Source: Ascoidea asiatica JCM 7603
Lineage: Eukaryota > Fungi > Ascomycota
Assembly: GCA_001600695.1 (NCBI GenBank)
Contig: BCKQ01000001.1
Coordinates: 2,090,615 to 2,154,614 of the forward strand
Length of the DNA stretch: 64,000 nucleotides
Direction: 5' to 3'
Both the position numbers and the translations under genes were made by a program. The notes beneath the pieces are model-generated. The model was not told where the DNA came from and made no database searches. It saw nothing but the letters and a program-made list of their open reading frames with translations. Of the stretch, positions 12,564-26,161 are shown in pieces; within the stretch, counting starts at the first letter, position 1, and each line of letters begins with the position of its first letter.

Positions 12564-13285
12564 TCAATTTTGTTGTAATTTACTTAAACTTTCCATTAAT
12601 AATTGAACTGTCTTTGAAGAATTATTTTGTTGAGAATTATTACCATTATTTCCATTTGTATTTCCATTTCCACCATTATTATTATTATTATTAATATTAT
12701 TATTATTAATATTACTATTAGAATTTGGAATAGAACTATTTGTCATATTAGCTAAACTTGTTAAATTTGAAAGATTTGATAAATTTGATAAATTTGAAAT
12801 ATTTGATAAATTATTCATATTACTATTTCCCATATTCATATTATTATTATTATTATTATATTGTTGTTGCTGCTGTTGTGACATAAGTTGATTATATTGA
12901 ACTGGTGGTGATTGTTGTGGTTTATTTTGTTGAGTTTGTTGAAGTAAACTTATCATACTTTGTAATGCATTTGGATCAATATTTTGTATACTTTGCATAA
13001 AATTATTTCCATTATTTCCATTATTACCATCATTGAGACTATTAAGATTATTATTATGAGTTCCAATTGGGGTTGTATTAGAATTATTCATTCCATTCCT
13101 CATTCCATTTCTCATTGAATTTCTTCCCATAGAATTTCTACCCATTGAATTATTATTATTATTATTATAGTTATTATTATTATTATTATAATTGAAATTG
13201 TTATTGGAATATCCGGAATCATCATCATCATCATTTATATTATTATTATTATTATTGTTATTATAATAATTAGATGATCTTGATC

Positions 13286-13318
<33 letters not shown>

Positions 13319-14008
13319 TATTACCATTATTACGATTACCCATTCTTCTATTTCCTCTACGTTGTCCAACTGTTAATGGTTGTTCATTAATTATACCTTT
13401 ATTTATACGATTTTGTTTAGTTCTTGACATTAATTCAACTGCTGCTTCAATTTTTAATGCTGTATATTCATCAAATTTTATACCTCCATCTGGTTTTTTC
13501 TCAAAAATTTTAACATCAATATTACCATCTCTATGAATGGTAACAACACTAAAAACTCCTGCTCTTGCAGCATCTGTAATTAAAGCTTTTAAATCTGCTT
13601 GTGGTGTTAAATTTGTAACATATGTTGCAATTTTACTACTTCTTAAATTATCTCGAAGTTTATTAACTAATCTTTTATCACTACCTTTTTTAGCATATAT
13701 TTGACATTGTGGAACTAATCCAGTATAATCATTTGTAGTTTTTTTAATTCTTTTATTACCCATTTCATCTAAATCATCATTACCATTCATATTATTCATT
13801 CCCATATTATTATTATTATTATTATTCATATTATTCATATTATTCATATTATTCATTCCAATATTATTATTTCTTCTATTATTACTATTATTTCTTCTAT
13901 TATCTCCATATGAATCATTAAATGAATTTCTTCCACGTTTATTACCAATATGATTATCATTCATATATCCATTACCACCATTATTATTATTATTATTATT
14001 ACGATTCA

Positions 14009-14039
<31 letters not shown>

Positions 14040-15911
14040 GAAATTTGATTGATTTGAATTCATACCAAAATTATTATTATTCATATTGTTATTGTTATTA
14101 TTATTATTACTATTATTTTGCATTTGATTATTACTCATAGAATTATTTGCATTAAAATTTTTTTGTGGTTTTGAAACTTCTAAGAACATAAATTTACCAT
14201 TTAATGGAACATTAGTTTCACCTTCAATTGCATCTTTACATTGTTTAACAGTTTTAAATTGACAAAATCCAAAACCATCTTTAATACTAACTTGAACAAT
14301 ATCACCATATTCTTTAAAAATTCTCCAAATATTTTGTTTAGTTACAGTATTAATTGGTAAATTACCAATAAATAATCTTGATTCTGAAGGATATTGACCC
14401 CAATTACCAGTTGATAAATATTGAGATTCATTTGCAATAAATCTTGAATATGATTCAATTTCTTCATATGACATTGGAGCATCAAGATTTGGTCTTTTAC
14501 AATTTGGATTAATTTCTTTAAAATTTGAATTAATTTCATTTTGATTTAGATTTTGATTTGAATTTTCAATTTCATTTTGATTAGAAATTAAAGAATTTGG
14601 AATTGGTGGTAAAGAAGATGTCATTGAAGAAGAATCACTAATACTTTTATTTACATTTAAATTTGTATTTGCATTTGCATTAGCTAAAGAAGTAATAGTT
14701 TTAAATTGAGAAATAATTGGAGATTCAGTTTTTGTGTTAAGTAAAGATTGAGGAAAAAAATGTGATGATGATGGTGGTGGTGGTGGTGGTGGTGTAGTAA
14801 TGGAAGAAGAAGAAGAATCATTTACTGTTGTAGTTATATTAGAATTAGATTCAATTGTTGATGGAATTGGAGGTAATGAAATTGGTTTTTTTAAATCAGA
14901 TTTTATTATAGATGGAAATTTTACTGGTTTACCAATTAAATAATCTTGAATCATTATTTGTTTTTGATTATCAGATAAAATTTGAAATTTTGGATCAGTG
15001 AAAAATGGCATTTTTAACATTTTTTGAGCTAAAGTTAATGGATCAGAAGGTATTATTGAAGATAATTCAGTTTCATTTTTAGTTTCAGTATTAATTTCAG
15101 ATTTAGTTTCAATATTAGTTTCAGTTTTAATTTTATTATTTTCAGATTCTAATTTTATTTCAGAATTATTATCAAGATTGTTATTGGAATTATTAATTTC
15201 AGAATCTGAATTTTGATCAGAATTATTATTATTATTAACATCAGCTTCAGCTTCAGAATCTGAATCTGAATCTGAATCTGAATCTGAATTTGGATCAGAA
15301 TGTGGATTAGGATCAGAGATTGAATCAGAATCCGAATCAGAGTTTAGATTAGAATCCTGGTTATGATTATTATTATGATTATGATTATGATTATGATTAT
15401 TATCACTTTCAGAATCATCTAATGGATTTTTATCATAATGTATATGATCGTCATTATTATCGTCATTATTATTGTCATTATTATTGGCATTATTATTGGC
15501 ATTTAAGTTATTATTAATAGAATTAATTGAATTTTGAATAATAATATTTTCAATTTTTTCAGATTTTAAAGAAAATGATTCAGGATCATATTCATCAGTA
15601 GAATTAATAATATTATTGGCGGTAATATCTTTTAAAGTCAAATTTGAATTTTTAATTTCAACATCATTATTATTATCATTATCATCAACATCATCATTGT
15701 TATTGTTATTGTTATTATTATTATTAGTAACATTAACATTATCATTTTCAGAAATAGAAATTTCATTATTATTATTATTATTATTATTATAATTATTATT
15801 ATTATCATCAGTATTAGCATTGCTATTATTGTTTTCAACTATCATTATATTATCATTTTCAGTTAAATTAATGGCGGTATTGTCATTATTATTATCATTT
15901 ATTGGAGACAT
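12564..15911 (-). CDS. NAB3: Nab3 RRM protein (Nrd1-Nab3-Sen1 termination complex)
   Basis: RRM SRLFIGNLP...IVQVSIKDGFGFCQF; acidic/Asn-rich N-terminus; N/Q-rich tail ending in the Nab3-type helix VQLLMESLSKLQQ. Confidence 0.88.
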
Positions 15912-16599
15912 TTTAAATTAAATTAAACAAATATAATTTATAAAATAATCAAAACAATTTAAACAATTTAAACAATTTAAATAATTTGAATAATTTCGAT
16001 AATTTAATTTAAGTTAAGTTAATCAGATAAGTAAATGAGATAAATCAATTAAATCAGTAGATTAATAAACAACAAATATTTTTTTTTGGAGCTTTGAGTG
16101 AGTAAGTAATTAAGTAATTAAGTAATTAAGTAAGTAAGTAATAATAAGAAAATACGAAATAAAGCAAATTAAAATTGAATAACCAAAATGGGAATATAAT
16201 AAAACCAAAATATTAAAAATATCTATAATTTATAGAAACAAAACAATATTCAGGATAAGAATCAGAATACCACCGAATATTGAAGCAGAAAAGATTAATG
16301 AATTTTTAGTTAAAGACAAAATTAAACAATTTTGGTAAAATTTAATTAATATCAAAATTAAATTTAAATCTTATAAATGAGACTAATTTACTATTCTATC
16401 AATATGAATAAAGAATGATTTAAATATAATAATATATTACAAAAGAATATAAGATTATAAGAATATATTAAGAAATTTTTAATTTGCTAGATATTTTTGA
16501 AGTTATTTAAAGGAGGTTTTTCGAAATTAGTACGTAGCAAATAGAAGTAAAAAAATTTGCGTTTTTTTTTGCAAGTAACAGTTAGAGCTTAGTTAATTT

Positions 16600-17345
16600 A
16601 GTTCAATACCGCACAGCACTGGAGTTTTATCAGGGGTGGCAGGGCTCGCAATCTCCGGTTTTATCCCCTGAAAGCAGCCCAGAGCCAATGGAACAAGCCC
16701 GGATTGCAAGGAAAGCGGATCTACAAGGCGGTTCACTAACGATCACGTGAAGAGCGATTTTAAACGAGGGAATGGAAGGAGTACACGTGTCAGTCTAAAA
16801 CATGTGACTGTGCTGTCTCCTAATTCTTGGTTCTTTTACTGCTGAATAATTGTGACAATCAACCAGCAACAAACGATCGCGTGAGCCAAGCGAGAAAGAA
16901 AGGCTGGGACTTCCAAAACCACAAGCAGCAAAGGAAGAACAAGAAGAACAAGAACCGCTAAATATGTGCAGTATTATTGTGGACCTGCAAACCACAGATA
17001 GCTGAAAAGAGCAAGATGAATAGATAACTACGGGGAGGTTAAATAGGAGTGCAGCTACGCGTCGCACACAATTCACACAGCGTTGTAGCTTTGTAGCTTT
17101 GTAGCTTTGTAGTATTACGCGTCGTTGGTGGAGCGCACCTCCTCCTGGGAGGGTGGCTAGTCACGAGCAGCGCGCAATACCGCCTGTCTCCACTGCACTG
17201 GTAGCTGGAAACTGGTGAATATTTCGTTATTTCTCCATTTCACACCTGGAAAAAATTTTCAGTGGGAGTTCTCAGCGTGAGAATGAGCTTTTGGCTTGAG
17301 CTTTGGCTAGTTAATTTACCGTTGCGAGCAGGTCCAGTGCCTGAC
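16600..17345. promoter_or_regulatory. GC-rich bidirectional promoter island (NAB3 / eIF4G)
   Basis: Abrupt rise in GC between divergent genes. CACGTG at 16744 and 16784; TACGCGTCG (MCB core ACGCGT at 17057 and 17117); RRPE-like GAAAAAATTTTC near 17249. Confidence 0.65.
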
Positions 17346-17872
17346 AATACTCTCTATTTCTGCATTATATTATATTTTATTATATTTTATTATATTTTAT
17401 TATATTTCATTTCAAATTTTATTTTTTTTCCTTTCCTTTACTTTTCTTTCTTTCCTTTTAATTTATTGTAATTTATTCACTATTCAATAAATAATATCTC
17501 TTTTATTTTAAATTTTATATAAAATTTAAATAAAGAGACTTACTTAATTTAACTTATATAGTTATATTATATATACAAGAAAAAAAGTTAAAAAAAATAT
17601 AAATAGGTATATTATTTAATTTATAATATATTATAATATATATAAATATATAATTATAAATATATTCTAATCGTAAATTAAAATTTAGAAAGATAAATTT
17701 ATATACTATTTAACTATATTATATTCTAATTATTTATCATTCTAATATTTTATTTATTTATTTATTTATTCTAAAATCAAAATTCAAATTCAAAATCAAC
17801 ATCATTTTGAAAATATCATTTAAAAACCCCTTTTTTTTTTTATTGAAAATTTTTAATTAATTTTTTCAAATC

Positions 17873-18194
17873 ATGAGTAATAATCATACTCCCGATAATA
17901 AATCAACAAAAGTTATTAGTTCAACTTTTACTTCAACTTCATCAACTTCATCAACTTCAACTTCTGCTGAAACTTCAAGTCCAAGTATTAAAGCTACAGT
18001 TAAACCTTCTACTTCAATTCCTGCAAAAGTTCAATCTAAAGTTCCATCTTCACTTCCAACTCCAATTCAATCAAAATCAAAAACTTCAACTCCTACTCCT
18101 ACTCCAACTACAACTACAACTACATCAAATACCAATGCAAATACTAATACTTCAACTATAACTTCTGATTCAAATACAATCAAAACTTCAAATC

Positions 18195-18229
<35 letters not shown>

Positions 18230-21200
18230 CCAGTTAATTCAAAATCAAATATTATTAATAAATCAAATAAATCAAATAAATCAAATAAATCAAGTGCAAA
18301 TAATTCTCCAAATGTTTCGGATAATTATCAACAACCATATTTAAATACTCCTTATCAACAATTTCCACCAAATTATTCTCCAACTAATTCTTATTATCAA
18401 CCATATTCAAATTCTGGTTATAATTATTTAAATATGAATAATATGAATAATATGAATAATATGAATAATATGAATAATTTAAATAATATTAATAATTTAA
18501 ATAATATGAATAATTTAAATAATATTAATGGTATCAATGGTTTAAATATGAATAATATGAATAATATGAATATGAATCAAATGAATTTAAATAATATTAA
18601 TGGTTATAATAATAATCAATTAAATAATTTAAATAATATGAATATGAATCAAATGAATAATATTAATGGTTTAAATAATTTAAATAATATTAATGGAATT
18701 AATAATATAAATGGTATGAATATGGGTTTAATTTCTCCAATTAATTCTTTAAATTCAATCAATTATAATAATAATAATAATAATAACACAAATACAAATA
18801 CAAATACAAATAATTCAAACAATACAAATAATACAAATAATACAAATCCTAATACTAATAATAACCCTAATAGTAATAACAATAATTCTTCTTATTCTTC
18901 TTATTCAAATCAATATCAGTATTCAAATTCAAATAATTATAATAATAAAAGAAATAGTAAATATAATAATAATTATAATAAACATAATAATAACAATAAC
19001 AACAATAATAACAACAATAATAATTTTCATAATAATCAAATTTCAAGTCCTAATTTAAATTTAAATTTACCTTTAAATACTAATAATAATACAAATAATA
19101 TTAATAATAATAATATTTCAAAATCTCCAATTCCAACTCCAGTAACTATAAAAACTCCTGAAGGTAAATCAATTTCTTTAAATAAATTAAAACAACTGAA
19201 TATAAAATCTCCTTCAAATAAAAATTCAAATTTAAATTTAAATTCAAATTCAAATTCTATATCTGTTCCAAATTCAAATAATTTAATTAAATCTCCTTTA
19301 AAAAATAATTTTACTCTAGCTAATAATAATTCTAATAATTCTAATAATAATAATAATAATAATTCTATAAATAATTCAAATTCAAATTCTAATACAAAAC
19401 CAACAAATGATGTTGTTTCTACTTTTAGACAAAAAATTCTTGAAAAATTAGCTCAAAAAAAATTAAAAGAAGAACAAGAATTAAAATTAAAAGCTGAAAA
19501 AGAAAAAGAAAAAGAAAAAATTCAGACAGATAAAAAAGATGTTGATATTAAAGAAAAAAATGTAAAACCTGAGATTAAATCAACTGCTACTATTGAAAAA
19601 GATTCAAAAAAATCTGTTATTACTCCAAAAGAAAAAATTATAGAAGAATTTAAAAAAGAAGTTAAAGAAATCAAATCTGAAAAAGTAGAACACAAACAAA
19701 TAGAAAAAGTTGTTGAAAAACCAACTGAAAAACCAATTGAAAAACCAATTGCAAAAGTTGCTGAAAAAGTTAATGAGACTGTTGTGAATAAAACTGCTGA
19801 TAATAAAGTTTCTACAAAACCAACTGAAAAACCAATTGAAAAACCAATAGAAATAATCTCTGCAACTTCTATTACTAAACCAGTTAAAAAAGTTACTGAA
19901 CAAGCAATTGAAAAACCAGTGGAAAAATCAATTGAAAAAGTTGCTGAAAAATCTGCAGTTGAAAAACCTGTTGAAAAATCAACTGAAAAACCAGTTGAAA
20001 AACATTTCAAAGCAAATATTAAAACTGAAAAACCAGTTTCTAAACTAGTTGAAAAATTTGAAAAATTAAGTGTTTCACCTCCTTCTCAAGTAGTTGAACT
20101 GAAAAGAGAATCTACTCCAGAACCAAAAATTTCAAAATCAAAAGATTCTATTCAAGAAGTTCCAAACAAAAACAAAATTAATAAAGTTGATGATAAAGTA
20201 GTTGAAAAAACTGAATCATCTGTTAAAGTTGCAGAAAAACAAGTTAAACCAGAAACTAAAAAAGAGGAAGCAATGAAAGTAAATTCTTTTGCTTTACCAC
20301 CAAAACCAGTGGAGGCTGCATTTAAAAATACTGGAGCTATCACTCCAAAATCATCAATAATTGATTTAAAAGTTGAAAAAAAATCAAAAGCTCAAATTAA
20401 TCCTTTGGTTACAAAACAAACGGCTTCAGTTTCTTCTAGTCCTTCAACTCCAGTTGCTGGATCATTTAGTCCTGGATTTACAGTCACAGACTTATTTAAT
20501 ATGATTAAAAAAGCAAATCCTATTGAAAATCCATATGATTTCAAATATCCAGAAGGATTTTCTGCTCCTGTTTTAAATCCAAATGCTAAAAGACCAGCAA
20601 ATAAAAGAATATATAACCCTCAATTTTTAGTTCAATTTCAGAATGTACTTAGATTAGAACCTGATGAAAAATTTAAAGATGAAGTGATAGCAAAAATTCC
20701 AACAAAAACTGTTTCAAATAATAGAAATCATTCAAATAATAAAGCTGGACAAAATTCTGGTAGAACTTTTTCTAATAAACCTTCATTTAATAATAATTCT
20801 TTTGGAACTGGACATTTTGCTCAAAGAAGTCCAAGTATGACAACTCCATTCCCAAATAATAGACCTCAGAATCAAAATTCTAGACAATCTTCAAGAACTA
20901 AAGGTTCAAATAGAAAATTCAGTTATCCAGCTATGCAACAGAATGGATTTAATAATCAATTTCCAAATCAACGAAATAATACCAATAATAATAATAATAA
21001 TAATAACCAGAACAATAATAACAACCATAATAATAATAATAACCATAACAACAACAATAACAATAATATGAATAATCAAAACCGTTCTAATAGTAATAAT
21101 AGAGGTCAAGAAAAAGAAGTGGAGGTAGCACCACCAGTTCCAGTAGTGGCCCCAGAACCATTGAAAAAGAGTGGAACAGGATGGGTACCACGTAGATTAA

Positions 21201-22465
21201 GAAATTCAGCACCATTATCACCTGAAGAAGAATTAAAAAAGAATGTTAATTCATTATTAAATAAATTAACATTAGAAAATTTTTCAGATATTACTTCAGA
21301 ATTAATTGCGATTGCAAATAAATCAGTTGATGAAGATGATGCAAAAACTTTAAAACAAACATTAGCATTAACATTTGCTAAAGCTACAGATGAACCACAT
21401 TGGTCATCAATGTATGCTCAATTTTGTGCAAGATTATGTCAAGAAATTGATAAAAGAGTTACTGATAAAGATACTAAAGATAAATCAGGTAAATTAGTTG
21501 TTGGAGGAAAATTAGTTAGAAAATGTCTTTTAACAAGATGTCAATCAGAATATGAAAGTGGATGGTCTAATCAAATTCCAACTAATAAAGATGGATCAGC
21601 AATTGAAGTTGAATTAATGTCAGATGAATATTATAAGATTGCAGCAGCTAAAAGAAGAGGATTAGGTTTAGTTAGATTTATTGGAGAATTATATGGATTA
21701 AATTTACTTTCAGATACAATTTTATATATTATTTTAGCAAGTCAATCTAATCCAGAAAATCCAACAGAAGATGTATTAGAAAATTTAACACAATTAGTTA
21801 AAACTACAGGACCAATACTAGATGCTAAAAATACAGCAGTATTTGATATGGTTTTTCAAAATATTCAAAAAATTCTTGATAATAATGAACTTCCTTCAAG
21901 AATTAGATTTTCATTATTAGATTTAATTGATTTAAGAAAAGCTAAATGGGTATCAAGTGAAGGTAATAAAGGACCAAAAACTATTGCCGAAATTCATGCA
22001 GAAGAAGATCAAAAAAGAGCACTTGAAGAAAAAGAAAGACAAGATAGAAGAAATAGTAAAAATAATAGAAGTTTTAGTAATGTGGATGGTAGATCATATT
22101 CTACACGTCAAAATAGTCGTTCACATAATAATAATAATAATAATAACAATAATAATAACAATAATAATAATAATAATTGGGGAGCTAATAGAATTTCACC
22201 AAATGAAATTAAAACTATTGGAGTTATTAGAAATTCAGGAAGTGATAAAGCATTGGGTCCAAAAAATAATTTTACAAGACATAAATCCAATAGAGCTAAA
22301 TCTAATATTTCAGTTGCACTTGAAACATCAACCACTCCAGAACCAAAAAAATCAGAATCCAAGAGTAATTTATTTATTCTTCTTGGAGCAGGAGATGAAG
22401 ATGATGATGACGATGATGACGATGAAGAAGAACATGAAAACACAGAACATAAAACTGAAGTATAA
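17873..22465 (+). CDS. TIF4631: Translation initiation factor eIF4G
   Basis: eIF4E-binding motif YNPQFLV; WVPR motif; MIF4G domain (VNSLLNKLTLENF, KATDEPHWSSMYAQFC, KRRGLGLVRFIGELY); KGPKTIAEIH. Confidence 0.93.
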
Positions 22466-23732
22466 ATGTTAAAAAAAAATCTAATAATATCAAAAGATCA
22501 AATTTCAAAAAGGGCAATCATGTTCAATTAGATAAAAATTCTTCATTATCCTTTTACAGTTTATTATTTTAAACTTAATTATTATATAAATTGTTTTTTA
22601 CTTTTTTTTGAAACTTTTTTTTAAATCTTTTTGCCATTTTGTAAGTTACATTGTCATTTTCTTGAAGATAAAATCATTTTTTAATGATTATTGCATAACT
22701 TTACTTTTATTCATAACAATTTTTCATATATTTCATATAATTTATAGTGCTCTTTTATGTTTTCTTTATTCAAATTTTCTATTTTTCAATTTTTCAATTT
22801 TTCAATTTTATATTTTCTATTTTCTATTTTCTACTTTCTTTTTCTCCTCCCTTTTATTTTTCTACTCTTTTTATTGTTTATATTTAGTTACTTAATTACT
22901 TAGTCAATTATATACATTGTATATAATAAATAAAATAATCGGTTTTTATTTTTAAAATATTGCAAAATACAATACTAAATTCACCAAAATCATCAAAAGT
23001 TATCAAAATCATCAATAACAGCATGATAAATAATTTCAATCCCGCTTATGTAATATGTATGTCAGCAAAAAAATCAAAGTCACATGGTTAACCCACGTGA
23101 TTATTTTAAGTTCCAGTCTTACGGGTCTTTAACACTAGTACCATATCCCTGGGTCAGTTTCTGCTCACGTGCTGTTCCAGTGTGATGTTCCCGCGTGTTG
23201 CTTGTTGCTGGTGTGCTGCTGAAGTAAATTCATTGAAAATTTGCCTCTTTGGCATCCTGCACAGCATTTGCTTTCAGACCTTGCTCTTGCTCTTGCTCTT
23301 GCTCATACTGAACATTGTTTATTTTGTTTATTTTTCACCAACTCATTCAACCTTTACTTTTATCTATTCATTCAATCTTATATTTCATTCTTTAGAATTT
23401 CAAAAACCTTTTAAAAACTCTTTGAAAACATTTTATAAAACAATAATATTATAACAATCAAAAGTTATTTAAAAATTCAATATTGATTAAAGATAATAAT
23501 TTCAATTTCTTAAAATTTCATATATATTTCCTATATTTGCAATTTGCTATTCAAATATATCTTTTCTCTTTCTTTTCTTTTTACTATTTTCAAATTTTTA
23601 AATTTTAAATTCTTATATATAATTATAGATTTTCCTTTTTGAATTTAATATCATTATCAAATTTGAATTCAATCTATTAATCAATTAATAAATTAATTAA
23701 TCTATCTATAAAATCAATTTATCTTACTAAAA

Positions 23733-25931
23733 ATGTCTCATGAAGGTGAAGAAGAACTTTTAGATTACTCAGATCCTGAAGATATCTCAACTTCAATTTC
23801 AAAACCATCTGAATCAATTGCAAAACCAGATGTAACTGATGAAAAAAAAGGTTCTTATGTTGGTATTCATGCAACAAGTTTCCTTGATTTTCTTTTAAAA
23901 CCTGAATTAATTCGTGCAATTAAAGATTGTGGTTTTGAACATCCTTCTGAAGGTTAGTACCTTATATTATTATTATTATTATAATAATTATTACAAAATT
24001 ATTATACTATATTATTATACCATATTATTATATTATATTATATTATATTATATTCCGTTATCATATTATTTATTATTATGTTGCTTATATTGGAAATTGA
24101 ATTCATAATAATTCAAATATCATTATTATATTCCTTATTAATATTATCACCAATAACATTATGAATATAAATTTATATTCAATCCAAAATTTTTGGTTCA
24201 TAAAGAAATTTATCATATATCATCATTATAAATTAATCAACCTATGTTGAAATTTCATTAAAACTCTCATTTTTTTTACTATTTTTCACTATATTCAATT
24301 CTTGTTCTTATTATTCTTATCTTTATTTTTTTTTTCCTTCTCATTCATCAAATATCACATCACTATTTGATATAATCCTTTCCCCCATTATACATAATCA
24401 TGATCTATCATATTTATCATTTTATCCACTCAATTTCTTGAAAATTTTAGAATAACTACTTATTCTAATATCATTTCTCAAGCAAAACTATTCCATTCTT
24501 TGTTTTTTTTATTTCATTTAAACTGGATTCAATTCATTTTAATTTAATCCAATCATATAAGATTCGATTCATTTGTGTCTTATTTCAATTTAGGTCAATT
24601 TAAATATGAGACTAATGTCTGTTATGAAAATAGTTAATGCTTTATTAAAGTGATCCCAATTCCAATATAACAACCACTTTAATAATAATATTAATAATAA
24701 TATTAATAATAATGATAATAATATAATATAATAATTTAGTAATTCAATAATTTCCTATATATTATCAATATTTTATATTTTATAAATTTCATAAAATTTC
24801 AATTAAACTAACTCTTTTTTTTTCAATTTTCATTTTTCTTAAATATCAATAGTTCAACAAGTTTGTATTCCACAATCAATTGTTGGTACTGATGTTTTAT
24901 GTCAAGCAAAATCTGGTTTAGGTAAAACTGCTGTTTTTGTACTTTCAACTTTACAACAAATTGATCCAATTCCTGGTGAAATTTCAACAATTGTAATTTG
25001 TCATACAAGAGAATTAGCTTATCAAATTAAAAATGAATATTCTCGTTTTAGTAAATATATGCCAAATGTTAGAACTGAAGTATTTTATGGTGGTACTGAT
25101 ATTAAAAAAGATGCTGAAAAATTAAAAAATAAAGATACTTGTCCACATATTGTTGTTGGAACTCCTGGTAGATTACATGCTTTAGTTCGTGATAGAATTT
25201 TACGTTTAAATAATATTAAAAATTTTGTTATTGATGAATGTGATAAAGTTTTAGAAAGTTATGAAATGAGAAGAGATGTTCAAGATATTTTTAGATCAAC
25301 TCCTCATCAAAAACAAGTTATGATGTTTTCTGCAACTTTATCTCAAGATATTAGACCAATTTGTAAAAAATTTATGCAAAATCCTTTAGAAATTTATGTT
25401 GATGATGAAGCTAAATTAACTTTACATGGTTTACAACAATATTATCTTAAATTATTAGAATCTGAAAAAAATAGAAAATTAGCTGAATTATTAGATAATC
25501 TTGAATTTAATCAAGTTATTATTTTTGTTAAATCAACTGCAAGAGCAACTGAATTAAATAATTTATTATGTCAATGTAATTTCCCTTCAATTGCTGTTCA
25601 TTCAAATATGCCTCAAGAAGAAAGAATTGAAAAATATAAATTATTTAAAGAATTTAATAAAAGAATTTGTGTTTCAACTGATGTCTTTGGTAGAGGTATT
25701 GATATTGAAAGAATTAATTTAGCTATTAATTATGATTTACCAAATGAGGCTGATCAATATTTACATAGAGTTGGTAGAGCTGGTAGATTCGGTACCAAAG
25801 GTTTAGCTATTAGTTTTGTTACAACTAAAGAAGATGATGAAATCTTAGCTAAAATTCAAGATAGATTCGATGTTAAAATTACTGAATTCCCTGAAGAAGG
25901 AGTTGATCCTTCAACTTATATGAACACCTAA
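23733..25931 (+). CDS. SUB2: DECD-box RNA helicase Sub2/UAP56; exons 23733-23952 and 24853-25931 (432 aa)
   Basis: Exon 1 encodes [14 protein letters not shown]...GSYVGIH...DCGFEHPSE. Splicing restores [12 protein letters not shown], followed by [16 protein letters not shown] and [10 protein letters not shown]. Confidence 0.95.
23953..24852 (+). other. 900-nt spliceosomal intron of SUB2 (phase 1)
   Basis: 5' site GTTAGT, branch point AACTAAC (24806-24812), pyrimidine tract, 3' TAG; removal restores the conserved reading frame. Confidence 0.92.
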
Positions 25932-26161
25932 ATTATATGTTGCTATTATTCTTTAGCTGTTTTTTTTTGTATTAATAGTATTAATTATCTTATGTATTTT
26001 CTTTTTTTCGTCTTCTATCAATTTTTAAAAAATTAAAAAGTATTTCTTCAAATTAAATTATTTATCTTATATTACAGAGTACTATATTATAGCGAAAAGA
26101 TTAAGCAATGTACATATTATAAAAAAAAAAATTTGTAAAAACACAAAGTAAATTATTTATT

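Noticed and set aside
17281-17312. U2 snRNA-like CTTTTGGCTT
   Set aside because: No GTGTAGTA branch-pairing region or Sm site; it is a short GAGCTTT(T)GGCT duplication.
12160-17407. Inverted (AAATATAATA)n / (TATTATATTT)n repeats flanking NAB3 as transposon ends
   Set aside because: Pure A/T slippage repeats with no transposase or target-site duplication; they enclose an ordinary housekeeping gene.
19522-22472. Antisense and alternate-frame ORFs in eIF4G (likewise in SWC3, the Nup1-like gene, STE23 and the NAD kinase)
   Set aside because: Shadow frames of repetitive, biased coding sequence (poly-Ile, poly-Leu, Phe/Ser-rich) with no motifs.
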